Assembly: GCA_964016885.1 (NCBI GenBank)
Contig: OZ024751.1
Coordinates: 1 to 64,000 of the forward strand
DNA from: Eledone cirrhosa
Lineage: Eukaryota
Direction of reading: 5' to 3'
DNA length: 64,000 bases
The position numbers were made by a program, and so were the translations under genes. Of the stretch, positions 11,121-24,100 are shown piece by piece. Position 1 is the first letter of the stretch. Every line of letters begins with the position of its first letter. The notes below the pieces were generated by a model, which was not told where the DNA came from, did no database searches, and saw nothing but the letters and a program-made list of their open reading frames with translations.

Positions 11121-11187
11121 ATAGAAGCTGGATTCTTATAGAATCCTAGTAATGTTTAAGAGGTGATTAAACAGAGTCGTTGCTGGT

Positions 11188-11225
<38 letters not shown>

Positions 11226-11275
11226 CAACCCTTATTGAGTCCTCTCTGGATTTTGGTCTTTGTATTTATTATTAC

Positions 11276-11369
<94 letters not shown>

Positions 11370-11883
11370 TGTATTTTGGCTTGGTTTCTACAGCTAAATG
11401 CCCTTCCTTACTCCAACCATGTTACAGGGTGGACTCTCCAAATTCTTGATTACTTTCTAAGTTATTTGAAAGACTAGGCAGAGTCTTTCATTAGAAATAT
11501 TTTAATTAAAGGGCAAACAGATTGGGTGGGGTTAAACAACAACAATAAATATTACAACTGTCAGTTTTATCAAGTTGATGGTTTACATTTGACCTCTTTT
11601 ACACCAGATTACCCAGCATGCACTAGATGATTTCATTGTAAATATAAACAGCATAGAGTGAGACAGATGTTCTCTCACCTGAGTTGAGATGGTGTTAAAA
11701 TATATATATATAAATCAATAATAATTTTATGTTCTTATCAATGGTTTAAACCAATTTTCCCAAATATAATATTGATAATTTATCTTTATATCTAGAGAAA
11801 CATCATATTAATATGCTTCGTAGTTTGTAACATCTAAGACTGGTGTTAACGTTTTAACATTTACATTACACTATGTATAATAT

Positions 11884-12045
11884 AGGCGGCGAATTGGCTG
11901 AGTCATTAGAACGTCGGATAGAATGCTTTATGGTATTTGTTCCAGTTCTCTGCTCTTTGAGTTCAAATCCCACCGAGTTCAACTTTACCTTTCATCCTTT
12001 CGAGGTTGATAAAAAAAAGTACTAGTCTAGTACTGGGATCGATTC
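11884..12045 (+). mobile_element. tRNA-derived SINE (family 2), decayed
   Basis: TGGCTGAGTCATTAGA (A box), GAGTTCAAATCC (B box) and the conserved CCTTTCATCCTTTCGAGGTTGATAAA..AGTAC block shared with 13577 and 60825. Confidence 0.8.
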
Positions 12046-12386
12046 TTCCTCTATATCTCTCTCTCAGTTTCTATCTTTCTCTGGAAGAAATCTGCTGTAT
12101 TCAGGCCTGGAGAGGGATAGGCTTCACTAGGCTTAAAATGCACAAGAAAAGCTGTTGTCAATACAGCACCCTTACAACTCTATCAGGAGTTACAGGACCA
12201 TACATATATACTATTGTACTTTCGCAGAAAAAGCTTTATTTTACATAATTATCTTACATAATATCGAATCTATGAGATTTTAATATTATTTATTTTGAGA
12301 ACAATACATTAACATCAATACGAGCAGCCAATTACGGCCAGTTTGAACAGAAAGAGGTGAAAGAATTCGGGCCGGATATGGCTGGT

Positions 12387-12693
12387 TTGACCTTTTAGCA
12401 TTTGTATTTTTGTGGTAAAGGCTTTATCTCACATAATATCAAATCTATGAGATTTTGATATTATTTATTTTGAAAACAATACCTTAACATCAGTACGAGC
12501 TGCTGTGTCTGGCCAGAATTCTCTCACCTCTCTCTGTTCAAACAGGTTGTAACTAGCCACTCATACTGATGTTAAGGTATTCTTCTTAAAATAATAACAT
12601 CAAAATTTCATAGATCCGATATTATGACAGATAAAGCCTCTATTGCAAAAATACAATAGTATATATAGAGTGATGTAAATGCTAAAGGATTAA
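12387..12693. mobile_element. piggyBac-like MITE or fold-back with TTAA-type ends; adjacent partial copy at ~12225-12380
   Basis: Ends are TTGA-CCTTTTAGCATTT and AAATGCTAAAGGA-TTAA. Internal arms are inverted (12420-12500 vs 12555-12650). Confidence 0.55.
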
Positions 12694-13084
12694 CCCTTCC
12701 ATGACCATATTTCTAATGAAAAACATGGCCTGTGATTTCCAAATAATTTTGAAAACAATCAAGAATGTTTAGGTATTTAGTAATATTACAAAACACATTA
12801 TCAATCAGATGTTCGGAATATAGCTTAACAAAAGTTCATACACTCAATTATAACGGAAGGTTTTTAGATAAATATAAACACATGAAAATACACAGCTTTA
12901 CATAATAGAACCAGGGGTGTTTCAAGCAGTAATGATTTAGCAAAAAATATCTAAAAACTGTGTGTGATAACTCAAATGTTTATAGTATCTTTATTACTGG
13001 ACAGATTTCTGTGAAAAAATACTGTATTAGTGTAAAGGCTTTCATTTTGAGTGTGAAGCAGTCATAGTGTTGTTTTTATACTTT

Positions 13085-13450
13085 TCAAGAATGTCTTGGT
13101 ATGGTCTGAATCTTGGATAATGACCAAAAGAATATGATCATGAATATAAGCAGCTGAAATGGGACTCTTTGAAGTAACGTTACTCGATAGATCAGAGAGT
13201 CACTCTAGATAGGGTCGCTATTTCACCAAATTGAGAGATCACAGCTCTGATACTATGGACATGTGGTTAGAATGTCTCAAGAAAGAATCACTGGACAGAT
13301 TTTATGGGCACAACCAACCGACAGGAGACCCAGGGGTAGAACCCGAACAAGGTGATTGGATAACATCCATGAGCTTGGCTGGTCTTGCTTGGGAATCCAG
13401 CCGGATTGGAGATGGTTGCTTCTGACAGGACCCACTAGAAGGAGTGTTTG
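13085..13450 (+). mobile_element. Old RTE-type LINE C-terminal fragment
   Basis: Decayed translation includes ESWIMTKR, AAEMG, IERSQL*YYGHVVRMSQERITGQILWAQPTDRRPRGRTRTR*LDNI. Confidence 0.8.
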
Positions 13451-13576
13451 AAGATTCACAATCCTCTCAGGAATAAGTGGGCAAAGAACTTTTGGTAATG
13501 TGGTTTCATGTCGTACAGGACATTAAGAGTTAAAGAGGCTAAACAATAAAAACAATAACATTATCTGTGATAACAA

Positions 13577-13759
13577 GCGGTGGATTGGCAGTATCGGTAG
13601 AGGGTCGGACGCAATGCTTTCCAGCATAGTTACGTCCCTTTACGATCTGAGTTCAAATCCCGCCGAGGTTGACTTTGCCTTTCATCCTTACGGGGTCGAT
13701 AAAATAAAGTACCAGTAATGCACTGGGTAATTGCTGGCCTTGTGCCTAAAGTAGAAACA
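13577..13759 (+). mobile_element. tRNA-derived SINE (family 2) with 17-bp target-site duplication
   Basis: Box A/B-like TGGCAGTATCGGTAGA and GAGTTCAAATCC. ATTATCTGTGATAACAA is duplicated at 13560-13576 and 13760-13776. Highly similar to 60825-61006. Confidence 0.9.
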
Positions 13760-14139
13760 ATTATCTGTGATAACAATAAGCAGCTTCTGTGATATAATAA
13801 AATATTTAATTGGTGCCAACCATGTGGGTGAACTGATAAAATATTTGATCTATCCTAATTTAGAGAAATGAAAAAAAAGATATATAGATATATATATATA
13901 GATATATATATATGACACACATCCAAACAATACAGCATGAAGACCACACACAGTTATGTGTGAGTGTGTGTGAGAGAGAGAGAGGGGGGAGTGCATGTGA
14001 TGGCATTATGTGATCTAGAACAAAGAGGCTAAACCATTGAGTAAAGAGAGAGAGTGGGTTATATATGTGTATATATATATATGTCTGTGTGTGTATACAT
14101 ATATACTATATATGTGTATATATATATATATATATATAA

Positions 14140-14349
14140 AGTGCCCAGCCCACCCTGTAAAGTGGTTGTGTAGGCGTCACGATAAAAAGCACCCAGTGCT
14201 CAGTGGTTGACGTTAGGAAGGGCATCCAGCTGCAGAAATTAAGCCAGAACCAGACCAGTATGGTCACCTGACCTAGGATTGCCGACAACAGGACAATCCG
14301 TCTAACCCATGCTAGCATGGAAATGGAGGTAAGACGGAGGTGATGATGA
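14140..14349 (+). mobile_element. RTE 3'UTR-type fragment
   Basis: GTTAGGAAGGGCATCCAGC...GTCTAACCCATGCTAGCATGGAA..GATGATGAT, flanked by TA repeats. Confidence 0.75.
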
Positions 14350-14418
14350 TATGTGTATATACACACAAATATGTATATTTATGAATATATATGTATATAT
14401 ATACACCATATGTGTATG

Positions 14419-14515
<97 letters not shown>

Positions 14516-14538
14516 GTGTGTGTATATATATATATATA

Positions 14539-16108
14539 TTTGACAGAGTCCCCCGCTCCATTATTTGGTGGACTCTTAGAAAACTAGGTGTAGATGAATG
14601 ACTTGTGAGAGCTATACAAGCTATGTATAATGAAACAGTCAGTACGGTTAGAATTAACAATGAATATTGTGAAGAATTTAGTGTAAAAGTTGACGTTCAT
14701 CAAGGTTCTGTCCTTAGCCCCCTCCTATTTATTATTGCCCTTCAGGCTATAACAGAGGAGTTCAAGACCGGCTGCCCATGGGAACTCCTAGACACAGATG
14801 ATCTAACACTCATAGCTGAATCTATGGCTGAACTAGAGAAGAAATTCCAAACATGGAAGCATGGCCTAGAATCAAAAGGCCTTAAAGTTAACTTGTCTAA
14901 GACTAAAGTTCTAGTTTGTAGAAAGGAAAATAGGGCACAGGTGCCCTCAGGGAAATGGCTATGCTCAGTGTGTAGGAAAGGAGTAGGCAGAAATTCCATT
15001 TTATGTCCTAAATGCAAAGTATGTGTACATAAAAGATGTAGTGGGAACACAGGTAAACTATCTAAGAACGTAGATTTTATATGTGGCCAATGCTCGGGTG
15101 CAATAATTAGTAAGTGTCCACAGGATACGAGCTCTTTCTATTGCCCAGATGGTTCTATAGAAATAGTAGACACTTTCCGTTACCTGGGTGACGAAATCAG
15201 CAGTGGTGGAGGGTGTTCTGAAAGCACGGTAGCCAGAGACAGAACGGGATGGAAAAAGTTCAGAGAGCTATACTGCTGTTGGCCACAAAAGGTTTCTCTC
15301 TAAAAATGAAAGGCAGACTGTATGATGCCTGTATACGAACAGCAATGCTACATGGCAGTGAGACATGGGCATTACGTGCAGAGGACCTGCGCAGACTGGA
15401 GAGGAACGAAGCTTGCATGCTCCGTTGGATGTGTAATAGTAATATACGTGAACACCAAAGTATAAATGAACTAAGTGAGAAATTAGGAATAAGAGGGATC
15501 AGATGCTGTTTACTTGAGAGAAGACTACGTTGGTATGGTCACATGATGCGCATGAAAGACGACAGCTGCATAAAAAAGTGCAAAGCGATCAAAATAGATG
15601 GTAGTTACGGAGTAGGCAGACCCAGAAAAACCTGGGATGATCTGATAAATTCCGACCCTACACACTTGCACCACTCTAAGACTAGACCGAGATCTTTGGC
15701 CCTACGCAGTAATACAGAAGACCCGCCTTGCCTATGTACAAAGCGAAACCTACAGTCAGTAGGCACCTCTTAACCAAATATACACCCCAATCCCCTACCC
15801 CTACCCTATCCTCCCACTCCCACCAATACCATGAGATAATGAGATGGAGATCGCGTAGCTGTCATGACAAAAAAACACACAGTCCACGCTGTAATGTGGT
15901 TGTGTAGGTAACACGGTAAAAAGTTGCCAGTTCCACACTGTAAATGTGGTTGGTGTAAGGAAGGGCATCCAGCCGTAGAAAACCTGCCAGATAGTCCTTA
16001 TATGAGCGAGACACGGTCACCCGACCAACCTTGCCTCAAGTGGGACAACTCACGTCTAACCCATGCTAGCGTGGAAGATGGACGTTAAACAATGATGATG
16101 ATGATGAT
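14539..16108 (+). mobile_element. RTE LINE copy 2 (same family as 4345-7370), 5'-truncated at the TA tract, inactivated
   Basis: Starts at FDRVP. YADD is mutated to DTDD, the PHD-like insert is present, there is a frameshift at ~15270, and it ends in an (ATG)n tail. Confidence 0.95.
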
Positions 16109-16120
16109 ATATGTATATAT

Positions 16121-16426
16121 ATCATTTCATTTTACGTCCGCTTTTTCCCTGCTTGCAAGGGTGGGACGGGAACTGATTCTTGCTTGATTTCTACAGCTGG
16201 ATGCCCTTCCTAACACCAACCTCATTTACAGTGAGTGCTGGGTGCTTTTTTGCCGTGGAATGATATGGACCCCAGGCCCTATCATCTCATTTCTACAGCT
16301 GAGTAAACTGGAGCAATGTGAAATAAAGTGTCTTGCTCAAGGAAACAACACCTCACCCGGTCTGAGAATTGAACTCACCTTTCGATTGCAAGGCCAATGC
16401 TCTAACCACTAAGCCATGTGCCTCCA
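16121..16426 (-). mobile_element. tRNA/CORE-like SINE with RTE tail, tail-to-tail with LINE copy 2
   Basis: Reverse complement closely matches 8421-8723. Confidence 0.88.
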
Positions 16427-16448
16427 TATATATGTGTGTATATATATA

Positions 16449-17301
16449 TCCTTCTTTCTTACATTTCGATTCATCTTGAAAGGTCTTTTTTCTACGCGCT
16501 CATATATTCACCCAGCTTATGCTGACAGAATAACTATGTAGCTTGTGCCCTTCCTATCTACGGTTAGTTTTCCTCTTTGTTGTTACTTGTCTCACTCGCT
16601 TTACGCATTTTAATTGTCCTAATAACTTAATTTAGTTATTATTGCACCAACGTGAGGTATATGGTTTTTAATGCAATGAAATATCAATGATCGTTGGCAA
16701 ATCACTGATGAGGGACTCATTTTATAACATGTTATCCATGTGCAACCTGCAGTATTCTTCTTCCCATTTTTTCACATATATTTACCTAAACTGCGATTCT
16801 GTTTTTCTCTCTCTCTCTCTAACTGCTCCCTCGTTCTCTCTGTTTCTCTTACTTTCTTTCGCCCCCTCTGTCATGTCAGTTAACACTTTCTCTCAACTGA
16901 CCTCTTCCTCACACTTCCACTCACTCACTCACTGTTTCTCCCCTTCTCACTTCACCCCGTTCGCGACAAAAACAATTTCCTTCTTTCTTACATTTGGATT
17001 CATCTCGAAAGGTCTTTTTTCTACGCGCTCATATATTCACCCAGCTTATGCTGACAGAATAACTATGTAGCTTGTGCCCTTCCTATCTACGGTTAGCTTT
17101 CCTCTTTGTTGTTACTTGTCTCACTCGCTTTACGCGTTTTAATTGTCCTAATAACTTAATTTAGTTATTATTGCACCAACGTGAGGTATATGATTTTTAA
17201 TGCAATGAAATATCTATGATCGTTGGCAAATCACTGATGAGGGACTCATTTTATAACATGTTATCCATGTGCAACCTGCAGTATTCTTCTCCCCATTTTT
17301 T

Positions 17302-17306
<5 letters not shown>
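16449..17306 (+). repeat. Partial tandem element (529-bp period, ~1.6 copies) bounded by TA repeats; carries CTGATGA but no GAAA half
   Basis: 16451-16778 matches 16980-17306 (paralogous ORF starts at 16687 and 17216). CACTGATGAGGGA is present in both copies. Confidence 0.8.
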
Positions 17307-17346
<40 letters not shown>

Positions 17347-17377
17347 ATATATATATATATGTGTGTGTATGTTACGC

Positions 17378-17862
17378 TGGTGCCACAAAACTTCCACTGT
17401 AAAGTGATCGTGTAGGTGTCATGACAAAAAGCACCCAGCACACATTGTAATGTGGTTGACACTAAGAAGGGTATCCAGCCATAGAAAACCAGCCAGAATC
17501 AATCCTATATGAGCGAGACACGGTTACCCGACCCAACTTGCCTCTAAATGGGACAAACCTGTCTAACCCATGCTAGCGTTGAAGATAGACATTAAATGAT
17601 GATGATGATGATATATATATATATAATAGATAGATTCCCAAAGGGGATCAGATGATTTCGTATGAATGAAACAGTTCCAATCCTGTAGAAGTCATTTCTA
17701 TATAAATAAACATAAATCATCATGATCATCATCGTTTAACGTCTATCTTCCACGTTAGCATGGGTTAGACGGAAATTGTCCCACTTAAGGCAAGATTGAT
17801 AGGGTGACCATGTCTCATTCGTATAGGACTGTATCTGGCAGGTTTTCTACGGCTGGATGCTC
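17378..17862. mobile_element. Two RTE 3'-end fragments tail-to-tail (17378-17612 +, 17717-17862 -) enclosing a decayed hammerhead copy
   Basis: (ATG)n and (CAT)n tails face each other. The spacer has CAGATGATTTCGTATGAATGAAACAGTTCCAATCCTGTAGAA, homologous to 8848-8889. Confidence 0.75.
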
Positions 17863-17944
17863 TATATTAGAAAATAAACAAGGCTGTTTTGTTTACATAT
17901 ATAAGATACTTTTTGTGTTTCGACCTGTTGCACACATTTTGCAG

Positions 17945-18160
17945 TGAATTGGCTGAAAGTTAACTTGACCAAGACTAATATCCTAGTAAGAAAGATGAGA
18001 GGAGTCTTAATTCCTTCGAGGAAATGGCCATGTCAATATGTAAAAACATAACTGGTAGAGACTCCATAGAGTGAACAAAATGTAAATTATGGGTATGCAA
18101 TAGATGTAGTGGGATTGTGGGTAGGCTGAGAAGAAATGTTGGTTATGTATGTGGTAGGTG
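17945..18160 (+). mobile_element. Old RTE LINE fragment (RT motif 6 plus PHD-like finger) running directly into the 13-bp satellite
   Basis: Translation gives LKVNLTKTNILV, KWPC, TKCKLWVCNRCSGIVGRLRRNVGYVCGRC. Confidence 0.85.
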
Positions 18161-21100
18161 TATATGGTAGGTGTATGTGGTAGGTGTATGTGGTAAGTGT
18201 ATGTGGTAGTAAATGTGGTAGGTGTATGTGGTAAGTCTATGTGGTAAGTGTATGTGGTAAGTATATGTGGTAAGTGTATGTGGTAGGTGTATGTGGTAAG
18301 TGTATGTGGTAGGTGTATGTGGTAAGTGTATGTGGTAGGTGTATGCGGTAAGTGTATGTGGTATGTGGTAGGTCTATGTGGTAGGTGTATGTTGTAGGTG
18401 TATGTGATAGGAGTATGTGGTAGGTGTATATGGTAAGTGTATGTGGTAGGGGTATGTGGTAGGTGTATATGGTAAGTGTATGTGGTAGGTATATGTGGTA
18501 GATGTATGTGGTAGGTGTATGTGGTAAGTGTATGTGGTAGGTGTATGTGGTAAGTGTATGTGGGAGGGGTATGTGGTAGGTGCATGTGGTAAGTGTATGT
18601 GGTAAGTGTATGTGGTAGGTGTATGTGGTAAGTGTATGCGGTAGGAGTATGTGTTACGTGTATGTGGTAAGTGTATGTGGTAAGTGTATGTGGTAAGTGT
18701 ATGTGGTAGGTGTATGTGGTAAGTGTATGTGGTAGGTGCATGTGGTAGGTGTATGTGGTAAGTGTATGTGGTAGGTGTATGTAGTAAGTGTATGTGGTAG
18801 GTGTATGTGGGAAGTGTATGTGGTTGGTGTATGTGGTAGGTGTATGTGGTAAGTGTATGTGGTAGGTGTATGTGGTAAGTGTATGTGGTAGGTGTATGTG
18901 GTAGGTGTATGTGGTAGGGGTATGTGGTAGGTGTATGTGGTAGGAGTATGTGGTAGGTGTATGTGGTAGGAGTATGTGGTAGGAGTATGTGGTAAGTGTA
19001 GGTGGTAGTGTATGTGGTAGGTGTAGGTGGTAGTGTATGTGGTAGGTGTATGTGGTAAGTGTATATGGTAGGTGTAGGTGTATGTGGTAAGTGTATGTGG
19101 TAAGTGTATGTGGTAGTGTATGTGGTAGGTGTATGTGGTAGGTGTATGTGGTAAGTGTATGTGGTAGATGTATGTGGTAGGTGTATGTGGTAAGCGTATG
19201 TGGTAGATGTATGTGGTAGGTGTATATGGTAGGTGTATGTGGTAGGTGTATGTGGTAAGTGTATGTGGTAGTAAATGTGGTAGGTGTATGTGGTAAGTCT
19301 ATGTGGTAAGTGTATGTGGTAAGTATATGTGGTAAGTGTATGTGGTAGGTGTATGTGGTATGTATGTGGTAGGTGTATGTGGTAAGTGTATGTGGTAGGT
19401 GTATGCGGTAAGTGTATGTGGTATGTGGTAGGTCTATGTGGTAGGTGTATGTTGTAGGTGTATGTGATAGGAGTATGTGGTAGGTGTATATGGTAAGTGT
19501 ATGTGGTAGGGGTATGTGGTAGGTGTATATGGTAAGTGTATGTGGTAGTAAATGTGGTAGGAATATGTGGTAGATGTATGTGGTAGGTGTATGTGGTAAG
19601 TGTATGTGGTAGGTGTATGTGGTAAGTGTATGTGGGAGGAGTATGTGGTAGGTGCATGTGGTAAGTGTATGTGGTAGGTGTATGTGGTAAGTGTATGCGG
19701 TAGGAGTATGTGGTACGTGCATGTGGTAAGTGTATGTGGTAAGTGTATGTGGTAAGTGTATGTGGTAGGTGTATGTGGTAAGTGTATGTGGTAAGTGTAT
19801 GTGGTAGGTGTATGTGGTAGGTGTATGTGGTAAGTGTATGTGGTAGGTGTATGTAGTAAGTGTATGTGGTAGGTGTATGTGGGAAGTGTATGTGGTTGGT
19901 GTATGTGGTAGGTGTATGTGGTAGGTGTATGTGGTAGGTGTATGTGGTAGGTGTATGTGGTAGGTGTATGTGGTAGGTGTATGTGGTAGGTGTATGTGGT
20001 AGGTGTATGTGGTAGGAGTATGTGGTAGGAGTATGTGGTACGTGCATGTGGTAAGTGTATGTGGTAAGTGTATGTGGTAAGTGTATGTGGTAGGTGTATG
20101 TGGTAAGTGTATGTGGTAAGTGTATGTGGTAGGTGTATGTGGTAGGAGTATGTGGTAGGAGTATGTGGTACGTGCATGTGGTAAGTGTATGTGGTAAGTG
20201 TATGTGGTAAGTGTATGTGGTAGGTGTATGTGGTAAGTGTATGTGGTAAGTGTATGTGGTAGGTGTATGTGGTAGTGTATGTGGTAGGTGTATGTGGTAG
20301 GTGTATGTGGTAGGAGTATGTGGTAGATGTATGTGGTAGGTGTAGGTGGTAGGTGTATGTGGTAGGTGTATGTGGTAGGTGTATGTGGTAGGTGTATGTG
20401 GTAAGTATATGTGGTAAGTGTGTGTGGTAGGTGTATGTGGTAAGTATATGTGGTAGGTGTATGTGGTAGGTGTATGTGGTAGGTGTATGTGGTAAGTGTA
20501 TGTGGTAGGTGTATGTGGTAGGTGTATGTGGTAAGTGTATGTGGTAAGTGTATGTGGTAAGTGTATGTGGTAGGTGTATGTGGTAAGTGTATGTGGTAGG
20601 TGTATGTGGTAGGTGTATGTGGTAAGTGTAGGTGGTAGGTGTATGTGGTAGGTGTATATGGTAAGTGTATGAGGTAGGTGTATGTGGTAGGTGTATGTGG
20701 TAGGTGTATGTGGTAAGTGTATGTGGTAAGTGTATGTGGTAGGTGTATGTGGTAGGTGTATGTGGTAGGTGTATGTGGTAAGTGTATGTGGTAGGTGTAT
20801 GTGGTAGGTGTATGTGGTAAGTGTATGTGGTAGGTGTATGTGGTAAGTGTATGTGGTAGGTGTATGTGGTAAGTGTATGTGGTAGGTGTAGGTGGTAGGT
20901 GTATGTGGTAGGTGTATGTAGTAGGTGTATGTGGTAGATGTATGTGGTAGGTGTAGGTGGTAGGTGTATGTGGTAGGTGTATGTGGTAGGTGTATGTGGT
21001 AGGTGTATGTGGTAGGTGTATGTGGTAAGTGTATGTGGTAGGTGTATGTGGTAGTTGTATGTGGTAACTGTATGTGGTAGGTGTATGTGGTAGGTGTATG

Positions 21101-24100
21101 TGGTAGGTGTATGTGGTAGGTGTATGTGGTAAGTGTATGTGGTAGATGTATGTGGCAGGTGTATGTGGTAATTCTATGTGGTAAGTGTATGTGGTAAGTG
21201 TATGTGGTAGGTGTATGTGGTAAGTGTATGTGGTAGGTGCATGTGGTAGGTGTATGTGGTAGGTGTAGTGGTAATTGTATGTGGTAGGTTACGTGGTAAG
21301 TGTATGTGGTAGGTGTATATGGTAAGTGTATGTGGTAGTGTATGTAGTGTGTTGGGTGTATGTGGTAGGTGTATGTGGTAGGTGTATGTGGTAGGTGTAT
21401 GTGGTAGGTGTATGTGGTAAGTGTATGTGGTAGGTGTATGTGGTAGGTGTATGTGGTAAGTGTATGTGGTAGGTGTATGTGGTAAGTGTATGTGGTAGGT
21501 GTATGTGGTAGTTGTATGTGGTAACTGTATGTGGTAGGTGTATGTGGTAGGTGTATGTGGTAGGTGTATGTGGTAGGTGTATGTGGTAGGTGTATGTGGT
21601 AAGTGTATAAGGTAGGTGTATGTGGTAGGTGTATGTGGTAGATGTATGTGGTAGGTGTATGTGGTAAGTGTATAAGGTAGGTGTATTTTGGTAGGTTTAT
21701 GTGGTAGGTGTATGTGGTAGGTGTATGTCGTAGGTGTATGTGGTAAGTGTATGTGGTAGGTGTATGTGGTAAGTGTATGTGGTAGGTGTATGTGGTAAGT
21801 GTATGTGGCAGGTGTATGTGGTAGTGTATGTGGTAAGTGTATGTGGTAAGTGTATGTGGTAGGTGTTTGTGGTAGATGTATGTGGTAAGTGTATGTGGTT
21901 GGTGTATGTGGTAGGTATATGTGGTAGATGTATGTGGTAAGTGTATGTGGTAGGTGTATGTGGTAGGTGTATGTGGTAAGTGTATGTGGTAGCTGTATAT
22001 GGTAGGTGTATGTGGTAGTGGTAAGTGTATGTGGTAGGTTATGTGGTAAGTGTATGTGGTAGCTGTATGTGGTAGGTGTATGTGGTAAGTGTATGTGGCA
22101 GGTGTATGTGGTAGTGTATGTGGTAGGTGTATGTGGTAGGTGTATGTGGTAGGTGTATGTGGTAGGTGTATGTGGTAAGTGTATGTGGTAGGTGTATGTG
22201 GTAAGTGTATGTGGTAACTGTATGTGGTAAGTGTATGTGGTAGGTGTATGTGGTAGGTGTATGTGGTAGGTGAATGTGGTAAGTGTATGTGGTAGGTGTA
22301 TGTGGCAAGTGTATGTGGTAGGTGTATGTGGTAGGTGTATGTGGTAAGTGTATGTGGTAGGTGTATGTGGTAAGTGTATGTGGTAGGTGTAGGTGGTAGG
22401 TGTATGTGGTAGGTGTATGTAGTTGGTGTATGTGGTAGATGTATGTGGTAGGTGTAGGTGGTAGGTGTATGTGGTAGGTGTATGTGGTAGGTGTATGTGG
22501 TAGGTGTATGTGGTAAGTGTATGTGGTAAGTGTATGTGGTAGGTGTATGTGGTAAGTATATGTGGTAGGTGTATGTGGTAGGTGTATGTGGTAGGTGTAT
22601 GTGGTAAGTGTATGTGGTAGGTGTATGTGGTAGGTGTATGTGGTAAGTGTATGTGGTAAGTGTATGTGGTAGGTGTATGTGGTAGGTGTATGTGGTAGGT
22701 GTATGTGGTAAGTGTATGTGGTAGGTGTATGTGGTAGGTGTATGTGGTAAGTGTATGTGGTAGGTGTATGTGGTAAGTGTATGTGGTAGGTGTATGTGGT
22801 AAGTGTATGTGGTAGGTGTAGGTGGTAGGTGTATGTGGTAGGTGTATGTAGTAGGTGTATGTGGTAGATGTATGTGGTAGGTGTAGGTGGTAGGTGTATG
22901 TGGTAGGTGTATGTGGTAGGTGTATGTGGTAGGTGTATGTGGTAGGTGTATGTGGTAGGTGTATGTGGTAAGTGTATGTGGTAAGTGTATGTGGTAGGTG
23001 TATGTGGTAAGTGTATGTGGTAGGTGTATGTGGTAGGTGTATGTGGTAAGTGTATGTGGTAGGTGTATGTGGTAAGTGTATGTGGTAACTGTATGTGGTA
23101 AGTGTATGTGGTAGGTGTATGTGGTAAGTGTAGGTGGTAGGTGTATGTGGTAGGTGTATATGGTAAGTGTATGAGGTAGGTGTATGTGGTAGGTGTATGT
23201 GGTAGGTGTATGTGGTAAGTGTATGTGGTAAGTGTATGTGGTAGGTGTATGTGGTAGGTGTATGTGGTAGGTGTATGTGGTAAGTGTATGTGGTAGGTGT
23301 ATGTGGTAGGTGTATGTGGTAAGTGTATGTGGTAGGTGTATGTGGTAAGTGTATGTGGTAGGTGTATGTGGTAAGTGTATGTGGTAGGTGTAGGTGGTAG
23401 GTGTATGTGGTAGGTGTATGTAGTAGGTGTATGTGGTAGATGTATGTGGTAGGTGTAGGTGGTAGGTGTATGTGGTAGGTGTATGTGGTAGGTGTATGTG
23501 GTAGGTGTATGTGGTAGGTGTATGTGGTAGGTGTATGTGGTAGGTGTATGTGGTAAGTGTATGTGGTAAGTGTATGTGGTAGGTGTATGTGGTAAGTATA
23601 TGTGGTAGGTGTATGTGGTAGGTGTATGTGGTAGGTGTATGTGGTAAGTGTATGTGGTAGGTGTATGTGGTAAGTGTATGTGGTAAGTGTATGTGGTAAG
23701 TGTATGTGGTAGGTGTATGTGGTAAGTGTATGTGGTAGGTGTATGTGGTAGGTGTATGTGGTAAGTGTAGGTGGTAGGTGTATGTGGTAGGTGTATATGG
23801 TAAGTGTATGAGGTAGGTGTATGTGGTAGGTGTATGTGGTAGGTGTATGTGGTAAGTGTATGTGGTAAGTGTATGTGGTAGGTGTATGTGGTAGGTGTAT
23901 GTGGTAGGTGTATGTGGTAAGTGTATGTGGTAGGTGTATGTGGTAGGTGTATGTGGTAGGTGTATGTGGTAAGTGTATGTGGTAGGTGTATGTGGTAAGT
24001 GTATGTGGTAAGTGTATGTGGTAGGTGTATGTGGTAAGTGTATGTGGTAGGTGTATGTGGTAAGTGTATGTGGTAAGAGTATGTGGTAAGAGTATGTGGT

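Noticed and set aside
11221-11268. Possible hammerhead in a small hairpin between microsatellites
   Set aside because: It has terminal pairing (AAATACAA/TTGTATTT) but neither CTGANGA nor GAAA.
11640-11700. Possible further minus-strand exon ending at a CAG|GTGAGA donor (~11678)
   Set aside because: No convincing acceptor, and no translation resembling the next SLC35B4 segment.
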